Shown here piece after piece: positions 10,629 to 19,518 of a stretch of 64,000 nucleotides of DNA (position 1 is its first letter; each line of letters opens with the position of its first letter). The notes under the pieces are model-generated. The model saw nothing but the letters and a program-made list of their open reading frames with translations, was not told the origin of the DNA and did not search any database. The stretch covers positions 11,710 to 75,709 of the forward strand of contig JACQKD010000009.1 in NCBI GenBank assembly GCA_016204695.1. The letters are read 5' to 3'. The DNA is from Candidatus Kaiserbacteria bacterium. GTDB lineage: Bacteria; Patescibacteriota; Minisyncoccia; Phycocordibacterales; UBA918. The position numbers and the translations under genes were made by a program.

Positions 10629-12449
10629 ATGAGTATTCTTGATTTTTTCAAACAAAAAACCAACAACGACTCTCTGCTCGCGAGCATCCTGCCGCAGGAT
10701 ATCGAGCGGGCAAGTCTGATGACGCTCGAAGATGTCATCGCGCCCGCGGCCGTCGGTATCACGCCGCAGGCACTTAACCTAAGCGGAAAGCTCGTGCGGA
10801 CATTTTTCGCGATTTCTTTTCCACGCTATCTCACCGATGGCTGGCTCGAAGCGGTGCTGAACCTTGAGAAAGTGTTCGACGTATCCATCGTTATTCACCC
10901 GATCGACACCGCCGAGGTCCTGAAAAAATTTCAAAAAAAGGTCGCCGAAGTGCAAAGCCAGATCAACGTCCGCGCCGAAAAGGGATTTGTGCGCGATCCA
11001 CAGCTCGATGCCGCCTACCGCAACCTCGAAGACCTGCGCGACAAGCTCCAGCAAGCCGAAGAGCGACTTTTTAACGTAGGTCTGTATCTCGCAATCTACG
11101 GAGACTCGGAGGATGAGATCGCAAAAACCCAGACCGAAATCAAGGCGATTCTTGACGCGCGTCTCGTATACCTGAAACCCGCACTCTTCCAGCACGTGCA
11201 GGGTTTTGCGAGCATCATGCCGATTCTTGACGACAAGCTCACGGTGCATACAAAACTCAATTCCTCCCCGCTCTCGAGTTTTTTCCCCTTCACCTCGTTC
11301 GACCTCACCGCGGACACCGGCATCCTCTACGGTATCAATCGCCACAACTCATCGCTTGTCCTCTTCGACCGCTTCTCGCTCGAAAACTACAACTCCGTGA
11401 CCTTCGCGACGTCCGGAAGCGGCAAATCCTACGCGGCAAAACTCGAAATTCTGCGTTCCCTGATGTTCGGCGCGGAGGTTATCGTGCTCGACCCCGAACG
11501 GGAATACGAATATCTCGCCGAAGCGACCGGCGGCCGCTTTTTCAACATTTCGTTGTCTTCCGCGCACCATATCAATCCCTTCGATCTGCCGAAACCCCAG
11601 CCGGACGAACAGCCGGCTGACATTCTGCGCTCGCACATCATCTCGCTCGTCGGCCTTTTCCGCCTCATGCTTTCGGGACTCACGCCGGAGGAAGACGCTA
11701 TCATCGACCGTGCGATCACCGAGACGTATGCGCTCAAGGATATCACCGGCCACAACGATTTCTCATCGCAAGAGCCGCCCCTGCTTTCCGATTTCGAAAT
11801 GGTGCTCTCCGGTATGGAAGGGAGTGAATCTCTTGTACAGCGCCTCGGCAAATATACGCGCGGCACGTGGTCGGGATTTCTCAACCAACCGACCAATGTC
11901 GATATCGGAGCGAAATTCATCGTGTTCTCCTTGCGCGATATGGAGGACGAGCTGAAAACCGTCGCGATGTACATCATCACGCACTTTATCTGGAGCGCGG
12001 TGCGGCGCGAGCTGAAGAAGCGGCTTCTCGTGATCGACGAGGCGTGGTGGATGATGCGCTCGGAGGATACCGCTTCCTTTCTCTACAGTGTTGCGAAGCG
12101 CGGCCGCAAATACTACCTCGGCCTTTCGACCATCACGCAGGATGTCGACGACTTCCTCCGGTCGCCCTACGGCGTGCCCATGCTGACAAACTCGTCGCTC
12201 CAGCTCCTAATGAAGCAATCGCCGACATCGATCGACCGCGTACAGGAGACATTCAATCTCACCGACGAAGAGAAATTCCTGCTCCTTGAGTCCGGGGTGG
12301 GGGAGGGCATCTTCTTTGCGGGCTTAAAACACGTCGCGATCAAGATCATCGCCTCGTACACCGAAGACCAGATCATCACCTCCGATCCATCGCAACTGCT
12401 CGCGATCAAGAAAGCTCGCGCGGAACTTAAAGAAGCGCAACAGCCATGA
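10629..12449 (+). CDS. type IV secretion/conjugation-type ATPase, VirB4/TrbE/TraC family (C-terminal ATPase portion)
   Basis: Walker A FATSGSGKSYAAKL, DPEREYEYLAEATGG and Walker B LLVIDEAWWMM. 606 aa. ATGA overlap with the downstream gene. Confidence 0.8.
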   Translation: MSILDFFKQKTNNDSLLASILPQDIERASLMTLEDVIAPAAVGITPQALNLSGKLVRTFFAISFPRYLTDGWLEAVLNLEKVFDVSIVIHPIDTAEVLKKFQKKVAEVQSQINVRAEKGFVRDPQLDAAYRNLEDLRDKLQQAEERLFNVGLYLAIYGDSEDEIAKTQTEIKAILDARLVYLKPALFQHVQGFASIMPILDDKLTVHTKLNSSPLSSFFPFTSFDLTADTGILYGINRHNSSLVLFDRFSLENYNSVTFATSGSGKSYAAKLEILRSLMFGAEVIVLDPEREYEYLAEATGGRFFNISLSSAHHINPFDLPKPQPDEQPADILRSHIISLVGLFRLMLSGLTPEEDAIIDRAITETYALKDITGHNDFSSQEPPLLSDFEMVLSGMEGSESLVQRLGKYTRGTWSGFLNQPTNVDIGAKFIVFSLRDMEDELKTVAMYIITHFIWSAVRRELKKRLLVIDEAWWMMRSEDTASFLYSVAKRGRKYYLGLSTITQDVDDFLRSPYGVPMLTNSSLQLLMKQSPTSIDRVQETFNLTDEEKFLLLESGVGEGIFFAGLKHVAIKIIASYTEDQIITSDPSQLLAIKKARAELKEAQQP

Positions 12450-13039
12450 ACGATGAGTCAGATCAACGCATCAGCACACAAAAGGCGGTTTTCATGGTCA
12501 TAATTGCGTTACTGTTTGACCTCGTCCAACTTGGTACCGGCATTCTCGCCCTCTCCGGCGCAACTCTTGTCGTCGGAACCGGCGCAGTTGCTGGTGAAGC
12601 AGTTGCTGGTGAAGCCGGGGCCGCCGTTGGTACAACCGTCGCCACCATAGTGCTTTGGTTGCCTTTCCTTGGACAGATCGTTGGACTCACCGCTGTCATG
12701 GCGGGTGTCCTCGTCCAATACCTGTCCTCATACATACTGATGCCTCTCGGGTATGCGACTATGGGTCTGTGGTTTGTTGGTTCCAACATATCGCTCTTCG
12801 GAGGGAAAAGTCCCTCTGGTAAGGTCGCGACATTTTTTTTGGGTTTGCTTGGTGACTTCATTCCACTTCTGAACATCTTTCTTCCCGGTCTCACTGTTTG
12901 GACAATCACCATGATATGGCATGCCAGACGTGAGGATAAGGAGGAAGAAAAAGCCGCAGAGGTGGGCTACAATAACACAAAGAATTGGAGTCGTGTTAAA
13001 AAGACCTTGCGTAAATATGCCAGCCGTAAAAATTACTAG
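12446..13039 (+). CDS. Gly/Ala/Val-rich polytopic membrane protein (pilin-like or VirB2-like candidate) with a short internal tandem duplication
   Basis: Hydrophobic LALSGATLVVGTGAVAGEAVAGEAGAAVGTTVATIVLWLPFLGQIVGLTAV. A 15-bp tandem repeat lies at 12584..12613. Confidence 0.4.
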   Translation: MNDESDQRISTQKAVFMVIIALLFDLVQLGTGILALSGATLVVGTGAVAGEAVAGEAGAAVGTTVATIVLWLPFLGQIVGLTAVMAGVLVQYLSSYILMPLGYATMGLWFVGSNISLFGGKSPSGKVATFFLGLLGDFIPLLNIFLPGLTVWTITMIWHARREDKEEEKAAEVGYNNTKNWSRVKKTLRKYASRKNY

Positions 13040-14018
13040 CGTATGCCCTCCGTCGAGACACGTTGTCGCGTTATGCGTTTTCCTGCTCCTTCTCATGCCA
13101 TACCCGACACAAGCCCAACTCCTGTCGACAGGCGCCACCACTCTCACGCTCACTCCCTCTTTCCCACAGCCGGGGAGAGAATTCAAGGTTCGCATTGACG
13201 CATACTCCTACGACATGACGCGAAGCCGTATTCTCTGGAGCATTGATGGGGCGGTAAAGAGCGAGTATGAAGGCGAGCGGGAGATTTCTCTTCCGGCTCC
13301 CGCGCTCGGCGTCCCCCTTTCGGTCGCCGTGAGCGTGACAGAGCCAAGCGGCGGTGTGCACACTGCCAAGAAAACCATCGTACCAAGCGCGCTTGATGTC
13401 GTCGTAGAAAGCGATACGCGGGTCCCATCCTTCTACAAGGGTCGAGCGCTCCCGAGTCCCGGTAGCCGGGTACGGCTCGTCGCCATGCCTTCTTTGTTTT
13501 CGTCAAACGGTACCCCGGCAGGGGCGGGAAATCTTCTCTATACATGGCGAATCAATAAGCAGGTCGCCAAATCCGGCATCGGTCAAAGGGCGCTTGCGAC
13601 CACGATGCCGAATAGCGGCTCACTCCTTGTCGAAGTCACCGCGGAGACAACCGACGGCAGTGCCCGGCATACGAGCGCCACGGAGATAGCCGCGACATCG
13701 CCGCATAATCTCTTCTACGAAGACAATCCTCTCTACGGCCTCTCGCATAACGCCCTGCCCAAGGATTTTACGTTGCTTGAAGACGAGATCACCGTCCGGG
13801 CGGAACCATATTTCGTATCGCCTGATATTTTCCGGAACGCCCGACATGAATGGACGATAGGCAACGCTCCCGTGCAGAATCCCAACGCCGATCCGCAGAC
13901 GCTTACCCTGCGCAAGACCGGCGAGACCGGCTCGGCAGAGGTTGGTTTCTCCATCCGCAACCTCTCGTCGCTCCTGCAGGCAGCCGCCGGCACCTTTACG
14001 GTACATTTTGAAAATTGA
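13017..14018 (+). CDS. secreted hypothetical protein (signal peptide)
   Basis: Internal start MPAVKITSVCPPSRHVVALCVFLLLLMPYPTQAQ chosen over the track start 12921, which overlaps the upstream gene. Confidence 0.4.
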   Translation: MPAVKITSVCPPSRHVVALCVFLLLLMPYPTQAQLLSTGATTLTLTPSFPQPGREFKVRIDAYSYDMTRSRILWSIDGAVKSEYEGEREISLPAPALGVPLSVAVSVTEPSGGVHTAKKTIVPSALDVVVESDTRVPSFYKGRALPSPGSRVRLVAMPSLFSSNGTPAGAGNLLYTWRINKQVAKSGIGQRALATTMPNSGSLLVEVTAETTDGSARHTSATEIAATSPHNLFYEDNPLYGLSHNALPKDFTLLEDEITVRAEPYFVSPDIFRNARHEWTIGNAPVQNPNADPQTLTLRKTGETGSAEVGFSIRNLSSLLQAAAGTFTVHFEN

Positions 14019-14019
14019 T

Positions 14020-15141
14020 ATGCGAGTAATTCAACACAACATCGTTTCTCTAATCTTGGCGCTCACATGCACCGTGTTGCTGTCCTTCTGTTTATTATCC
14101 TATGCACAAGCGGAGACTGAAATAGAACCGAATGAAGGAGGCTCTCAAGGACCGGCAGTAGTGTGGAATTGTACCCTCAATAACAAGACATTCCCGACAG
14201 AGGGTGCTTGCTATGCTGATTGCAGTACCACAGTCGGAACACTCGGTACTTGTCTGGAGGTGACACCGGCATTCACTCCATTAGCCCCTCCTACCCCGGA
14301 ACCGGCACCAACAACAGATCCTTTGTTTGAACTCGGATACTGCGCCACAGCGGGCGGAGTATGTCCGAATACTACACGTTCGGCATGTCGTGGTACATTC
14401 TTCCCTGGAGATACAGAAACACAAGCAACGGCTTGCAGGGCACACGTTGCAAGCCTTCAGGAACCTCCTAAAAAACAAAAGCCCGTCGAGTTTGTGCCTC
14501 TTACCGGCTTACCCGGCCTTACTGATAACCAAAGCAGGAGCCTCGCCGATTACCTCAATATTCTCTTCCGGCTCTCGATCGGCCTCGGCGCGCTTGCCGG
14601 CGTAATAAAGATCACTATGGCCGGTATCAAATACATGTCATCGGATGCTTTTTCAAGTAAAGAAGAAGCCAAGAAGGACATCACCGGCGCACTGCTTGGT
14701 CTTTTGATCATGCTCTCGACCGTCGTTATTCTCCAATTTATCTACCCCGGTATTCTCAATCTCAGCGTGCTCCAACAACTGCCGCCGATAAAAACCGCCG
14801 CTCCTGAATCCGCAACATCCCAATTTGGGACGGGGAGTCAGGTGTCCGCCGAAGATCAGACCGCATTTACTCAAACACACCCGGGGAAGACTGTGTTAAA
14901 CACTCTGGAGTTACGCGAATGGGCACCGGGCCAAAACACATTCGAACGATACCAAGCAGACCAGGACACCATACAACGCTTCCGTAACTGGTGCCAAGAA
15001 AAACAAGGGGCAGTTGAACGAAAAGCGATTAGAGGTGCTTTGACAACCCCGTTTTTCGGTAGCCAGGGTGAGCAATGGTTCTGCCTTGGTAATGCACAAT
15101 CAACCCCAGCTGCGGCAGTATCAACCCCGCCCGATGAATAA
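14020..15141 (+). CDS. secreted Cys-rich protein with C-terminal hydrophobic helices
   Basis: Start MRVIQHNIVSLILALTCTVLLSFCLLSYAQA lies immediately after the upstream stop. Multiple Cys residues in the N-terminal half. C-terminal LSIGLGALAGVIKITMAGIKY...LLGLLIMLSTVVILQFIYP. Confidence 0.4.
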   Translation: MRVIQHNIVSLILALTCTVLLSFCLLSYAQAETEIEPNEGGSQGPAVVWNCTLNNKTFPTEGACYADCSTTVGTLGTCLEVTPAFTPLAPPTPEPAPTTDPLFELGYCATAGGVCPNTTRSACRGTFFPGDTETQATACRAHVASLQEPPKKQKPVEFVPLTGLPGLTDNQSRSLADYLNILFRLSIGLGALAGVIKITMAGIKYMSSDAFSSKEEAKKDITGALLGLLIMLSTVVILQFIYPGILNLSVLQQLPPIKTAAPESATSQFGTGSQVSAEDQTAFTQTHPGKTVLNTLELREWAPGQNTFERYQADQDTIQRFRNWCQEKQGAVERKAIRGALTTPFFGSQGEQWFCLGNAQSTPAAAVSTPPDE

Positions 15142-15147
15142 TATGCT

Positions 15148-16371
15148 ATGAAAAAAACTTGGATCATTGTCGGTATTGTCATATTCATCATCCTGCTTCT
15201 TGGGGGAGCGTGGTGGTATCTCCTTATGAACGGTCGGCCCGAAGGGTTTGCAATCCCCAACCCGTTTGGTGGTACCGATCCGGGGGCGTTTACTCCGCCG
15301 CCTGAAACGCCGGTTGAAGAGTTTTCGACGAGCACCGGGGCGTTGCGCAAGTTGAGCACAAACCCCGTCGCGGGAGCGATAGCGATTACCCGCGACGGTA
15401 AGACCTACGCCCGCTTTGTCGAGCGCGGCACCGGCCATGTCTATGAGGCTGATCCCGAGAACGGCACCACCGTACGACTCACCAATACCACCATACCCCG
15501 CGTTATAGAAGCCGTCTGGTCTCCCCAAGGATCACGAGCCGTCCTAAAGGCAGAAAGCGCGGATGGTGAGGCACGAGTATTCGTCGGCACGATCGAACGC
15601 GCGGACAACGGGGAAGGCACGCTGGTAACCGACGACTTGCCCGCTACAGCGAAAAATATCGCCTTTTCGCCGACCGGAGAGAGCGTCCTATATACGGTAC
15701 CGAGCGCCGACGGAAGCACGGGCTACGAACATAACCTCAAGACAGACACCCGCACCGTTCGCTTCACTTCTCCCCTGCAAGACATCGTTGCGGTATGGGA
15801 ACCGACCGTTGTTGTATATACCGCGCCAAGCGCCGACCTTCCCGGCTACGCATATGAAGGTCCCGCACAGAAACGGATCGCGGGCGGCATTCGCGGCCTG
15901 ACCATATTCCCAATGCCGACCCGACATATCATCTCGTATATGGAAGGCGATTCTTTTGTTTCCCGAGTAGACACACCCTCCGGTATGTCGCTCGGCATCC
16001 CGGTATTCCCCGAAAAGTGCGCCGCAGATCCCGGCCGGACGACGGTGCTCTGGTGCGCCGCTCCCGACACGCTTGCCCCTGGTCGCTACCCCGATGAGTG
16101 GTACGAGGGGAGCATGTCTTTTGAAGACAGTCTGTGGGGACTTGATCTGGAGGCGGGCAGTGCCATGCTCCGGAGCACACTGCGCGAAGAAGCGTCTGAA
16201 ATCATCGACGCGACCGGCATGTCGATAAGCGACAACGGGGCCCTCCTTACATTTATAAACAAGCGCAACGGTTCACTCTGGTCCTACACACTGGAGACCG
16301 TCAGTCCTTCTGTGCCGGAGAATCCCGATGGAGATGACGACGAACCACCATCTCCTGAAGAATTGCCGTGA
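15148..16371 (+). CDS. membrane-anchored periplasmic beta-propeller-like (TolB/PD40-like) protein
   Basis: N-terminal TM helix IVGIVIFIILLLGGAWWYLL. Repeated FSPxG/SPxG segments (AFSPTGESVLYTVPSADGS) are typical of PD40 repeats. This is an inference. Confidence 0.45.
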   Translation: MKKTWIIVGIVIFIILLLGGAWWYLLMNGRPEGFAIPNPFGGTDPGAFTPPPETPVEEFSTSTGALRKLSTNPVAGAIAITRDGKTYARFVERGTGHVYEADPENGTTVRLTNTTIPRVIEAVWSPQGSRAVLKAESADGEARVFVGTIERADNGEGTLVTDDLPATAKNIAFSPTGESVLYTVPSADGSTGYEHNLKTDTRTVRFTSPLQDIVAVWEPTVVVYTAPSADLPGYAYEGPAQKRIAGGIRGLTIFPMPTRHIISYMEGDSFVSRVDTPSGMSLGIPVFPEKCAADPGRTTVLWCAAPDTLAPGRYPDEWYEGSMSFEDSLWGLDLEAGSAMLRSTLREEASEIIDATGMSISDNGALLTFINKRNGSLWSYTLETVSPSVPENPDGDDDEPPSPEELP

Positions 16372-17056
16372 TACTGCTGATGAGAAAATAGAGTGCGATC
16401 GTCGCCGAAAAGCGATAGGCGATGTAGCCGATCAACACCGGCATGATGTAGCGCATTTGCACCTGCATACTGCGAGCAAAGTCGTCTTTAAAGCTCTGCT
16501 CTTTGCCTTCCGCACGGGGAGGAAGGGGAGGAAGCGAAAGTTTGGTATGTACAAACTGCGCAAGACCCGCGAGTACCGCAAGCGGCCAGTTTTTTGCCGC
16601 GATGTTGATGAGGCCGATAAAAACCATTGTGACCGCATCCGGGAGCGGAATGAAGGAATAGAGAAGCGCCGTATTTATATCGGGAAACGGAATCCCTCCG
16701 CCGCGGGACACTGCAAAGTAGAGTGCAAAGATGAACGGGAGTTGGATGATCTGCAGGAGAAAACTGGCAAACGGATTGACGCCCGCAGTCCGATACAGAT
16801 CCATGGTCGCCTTGCCGCGTTGTTGGGCGTCGGTTTTGTATTTTTCGTTGATGACCGCGAGCTCCGGTTCGAGTGTGCGCATCGCGTACTGGGTTTTTGC
16901 GGCACGCAGGGAGAGGGGAAGGAGGACGAGCTTGATGAGAACTGTGAGGACGATAATGGCAACGCCCAGGTCCCCACCGGGGACGTGGTTGAGTATGAAA
17001 ATAAGAAGATTGTAGATCGGGTCAAAAAAAAGGGCGTGCCAGACTGTTGAAAACAT
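16301..17056 (-). CDS. yidC: membrane protein insertase YidC (short Oxa1/SpoIIIJ-type)
   Basis: About 250 aa with five hydrophobic segments. Conserved position next to rnpA and rpmH. Confidence 0.7.
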   Translation of the reverse strand: MFSTVWHALFFDPIYNLLIFILNHVPGGDLGVAIIVLTVLIKLVLLPLSLRAAKTQYAMRTLEPELAVINEKYKTDAQQRGKATMDLYRTAGVNPFASFLLQIIQLPFIFALYFAVSRGGGIPFPDINTALLYSFIPLPDAVTMVFIGLINIAAKNWPLAVLAGLAQFVHTKLSLPPLPPRAEGKEQSFKDDFARSMQVQMRYIMPVLIGYIAYRFSATIALYFLISSITAILQEMVVRRHLHRDSPAQKD

Positions 17057-17140
17057 ACTAGGTGACTTGTTTCAATGATTGAGTAACAACACGGCAACCG
17101 TCCCCAGATACATGGTTGATTCGAGACGAGTGTTCGTATT

Positions 17141-17476
17141 TTAGCGTGGATGACGGCTAACTCCAACCGTGCTTGCGAGGGCAGTTTTGATCTCCGTCTC
17201 CAACCGCTCGTACGTATACGAAGCGGCGGGAGGTTTTGCCACAAGGATGATATGCGCGTTTCGCGGCTTCAGTGCGGAAAGCGCCGCGTACATCCTGCGC
17301 CGCAGGAGATTGCGTCCCACGGCCGTTTTAGACACTTTCTTTCCAACGATCGCCGCCGCCTTGAACACGGCGGCCGGCATATGGACCGAAAAGAGACCCG
17401 GCATATGGGTCCGCCGGCCGCGCGCGTACGCCACAGTAAACGACGCCCTATCAAGCCGTTGTTTTTTTGCCACCAT
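17141..17476 (-). CDS. rnpA: ribonuclease P protein component
   Basis: The C-terminal part of track ORF 17141..17662 reads as a basic RnpA-like sequence (MVAKKQRLDRASF...LRRRMYAALSAL). An alternative start is near 17506. Coordinates may be off by about 1 nt because my base count disagrees with the track ORF end. Confidence 0.55.
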   Translation of the reverse strand: MVAKKQRLDRASFTVAYARGRRTHMPGLFSVHMPAAVFKAAAIVGKKVSKTAVGRNLLRRRMYAALSALKPRNAHIILVAKPPAASYTYERLETEIKTALASTVGVSRHPR

Positions 17477-17509
17477 AAAAGACGGTCGCGCGGTCGGCGG
17501 ACCCATGCT

Positions 17510-17647
17510 TACACCGCAAGCTTCGTCCGACCCTTTCTGCGGCGCGCGCGCAGTACGCGACGCCCCGACGGCGTACCGCTCCGGACAAGATAGCCGTGTG
17601 TGGTCGCCCGCTTCTTTTTCTTTGGCTGGTAGGTTCTCTTTGACATT
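17510..17647 (-). CDS. rpmH: 50S ribosomal protein L34
   Basis: My own translation of the minus strand gives [45 protein letters not shown] (45 aa). It is absent from the ORF track because it is under 60 aa. Confidence 0.8.
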
Positions 17648-17795
17648 ACTATGAAGGTACACTATTCGGATACTTTTTTCAAACCCTGTTAGAAGCGGAG
17701 CACTCGCTTCTAACAGGGCACACTGCTTGTTTTTGTATCCACACCGTTTTCAACAGCATATGCACAGAGCGCACGCACATACCTGTAGATGAGCC

Positions 17796-19235
17796 GTGAA
17801 TGCGATCGATTGTACGACAACAACACAAGAGCGTATAATACGTCTGAATCTTCACATGAGCACCTCAATCCACAGTACCGTTGTCGCAGTCGGTGTGCAG
17901 CCGCTCACTGCGAAACAACTGTGGGACGACGCACTTGTAAATATCGAGCTCTCCATCACGCCGGCCAATTTCAAGACATGGTTTAAAGACACACACATTG
18001 TCTCGGTGGAGTCCGGTACGGCGACCGTGGGCGTGCCGAGTGTGTTCGTCAAAGACTGGCTCGCCGACAAATTCAACGGTCTTATTCTCAAAACGCTCCG
18101 CGAGCTTTCCACCCACATACGAAGTGTTGAATACGCGGTGGTTCCTCGCAATGACCGACGAACCGAGAAAGTCGAGCACTCGGCGTTCAATCCGGCCTTA
18201 CCGCTCGAAGAATACTATATAAACAAAAGCGACAATCTCAATCCGCGATATGTTTTTGACACATTCGTCGTTGGCCCATTCAACGCGCTCGCCCACACCG
18301 CCGCGAAAACGGTCGCCGAGAAGCCCGGCATCGCGTATAACCCCCTCTTTGTCTACGGCAAGACCGGCCACGGGAAGACACATCTTATTCAGGCGGTCGG
18401 CAACCACCTCAAGCGCACCGGACGCAAGGTCTTTTATGCCACAAGCGAGCGTTTTACCGTCGACTACTTCAATGCGCTTCAAAACGGCACCGCAAATTCC
18501 TTCAAGGATAAGTATCGCCAATACGACGCATTGATGATGGATGATGTGCAGTTTCTTGCAAACAAGGAGAAAACACAGGAAGAACTCTTTCATCTCTTCA
18601 ACGCCTTCCACGACAACAACAAGCAGATCGTGTTCTCAAGCGATGTGCCGCCGCACCTGCTTCCACATATGGAAGACCGGCTCCGTTCGCGTTTCAGCCA
18701 GGGTATGATTGTTGACATTCCGCCCCCCGATCCGGAATCGCGCGGCGCCATCCTCAAGGCGAAAGCCGCACAAAACGGCATCACACTCGACGAAGCGGTC
18801 GTCAATCACCTCTCACAAACCATAGAAGGAAACATCCGTGAGCTCGAAGGAGCGCTCAACACCATCCTTTGCCAATCCCAGCTTCTCGGCCGCACACTCT
18901 CGCTCGATGAGGTCAAACAACTTATCAAAAACAGTATGCGGCCGCGCAAGTCGCTCGCGGTATCCGAAATCGTCGACAAAGTCGCCCGATTCTACGACAT
19001 TGAAAGCGCAAGTATATACGAAAAAACCCGGCGTAAGGAGATCATCAAGCCCCGCCAACTCATCATGTATATCCTGCGGGAAGATTTCCACGTCTCATAT
19101 CCGGCAATCGGTCAGAAACTCGGCGGCCGCGACCACACCACCGTCATTCACTCCTGTGAAAAGATTAAAACAAACCTTAGGTCGGACTCCTCTCTCGAGG
19201 ACGAACTTGGGCAGATCCGGGCCATTTTAAAGTAG
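17796..19235 (+). CDS. dnaA: chromosomal replication initiator protein DnaA
   Basis: AAA+ Walker A GKTGHGKTHLIQAVGN. The C-terminal DNA-binding domain is present. The track start at 17796 is GTG. An in-frame ATG at 17856 is preceded by TATAAT at 17834..17839 and is an alternative start. Confidence 0.9.
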   Translation: MNAIDCTTTTQERIIRLNLHMSTSIHSTVVAVGVQPLTAKQLWDDALVNIELSITPANFKTWFKDTHIVSVESGTATVGVPSVFVKDWLADKFNGLILKTLRELSTHIRSVEYAVVPRNDRRTEKVEHSAFNPALPLEEYYINKSDNLNPRYVFDTFVVGPFNALAHTAAKTVAEKPGIAYNPLFVYGKTGHGKTHLIQAVGNHLKRTGRKVFYATSERFTVDYFNALQNGTANSFKDKYRQYDALMMDDVQFLANKEKTQEELFHLFNAFHDNNKQIVFSSDVPPHLLPHMEDRLRSRFSQGMIVDIPPPDPESRGAILKAKAAQNGITLDEAVVNHLSQTIEGNIRELEGALNTILCQSQLLGRTLSLDEVKQLIKNSMRPRKSLAVSEIVDKVARFYDIESASIYEKTRRKEIIKPRQLIMYILREDFHVSYPAIGQKLGGRDHTTVIHSCEKIKTNLRSDSSLEDELGQIRAILK

Positions 19236-19518
19236 ATAACCCCACAAACTCGTATAGGATTCCCATCAAAGAAACCACTGCATATCCCGTGGAAATCTGC
19301 TATGCTGGCAGTGGAAACCGAACATCAAAAGTTCACAACAAAACCCTCTCTCCTGTGTCCGTGCGACTAATCCACAAGAAGCGCAACGGAATACACACAC
19401 CTGTCCTCACCCACACACATCGAGAAATGACTAGTGTTGGGGCGAACAATCGCCTATACACACTATCCACACCCCTAATAATAAAAAGATTTTTTAGAAG
19501 AAAATAAATAACACAGGT
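19236..19518. other. oriC: candidate chromosomal replication origin (dnaA-dnaN spacer with DnaA-box-like 9-mers and an AT-rich unwinding stretch)
   Basis: TAATCCACA at 19368..19376 and CTATCCACA at 19463..19471. AT-rich aataataaaaagattttttagaagaaaataaataa at 19476..19512. The rpmH-rnpA-yidC/dnaA-dnaN arrangement is the classical origin locus. Confidence 0.45.

Noticed and set aside
17141-17662. Using the full 173-aa track ORF as rnpA
   Set aside because: Its N-terminal third overlaps rpmH in another frame, and rpmH reads perfectly as L34. The real rnpA must start downstream of the rpmH stop (near 17476 or 17506). My base count also disagreed with the track coordinate by 1 nt here, so the exact ends are uncertain.
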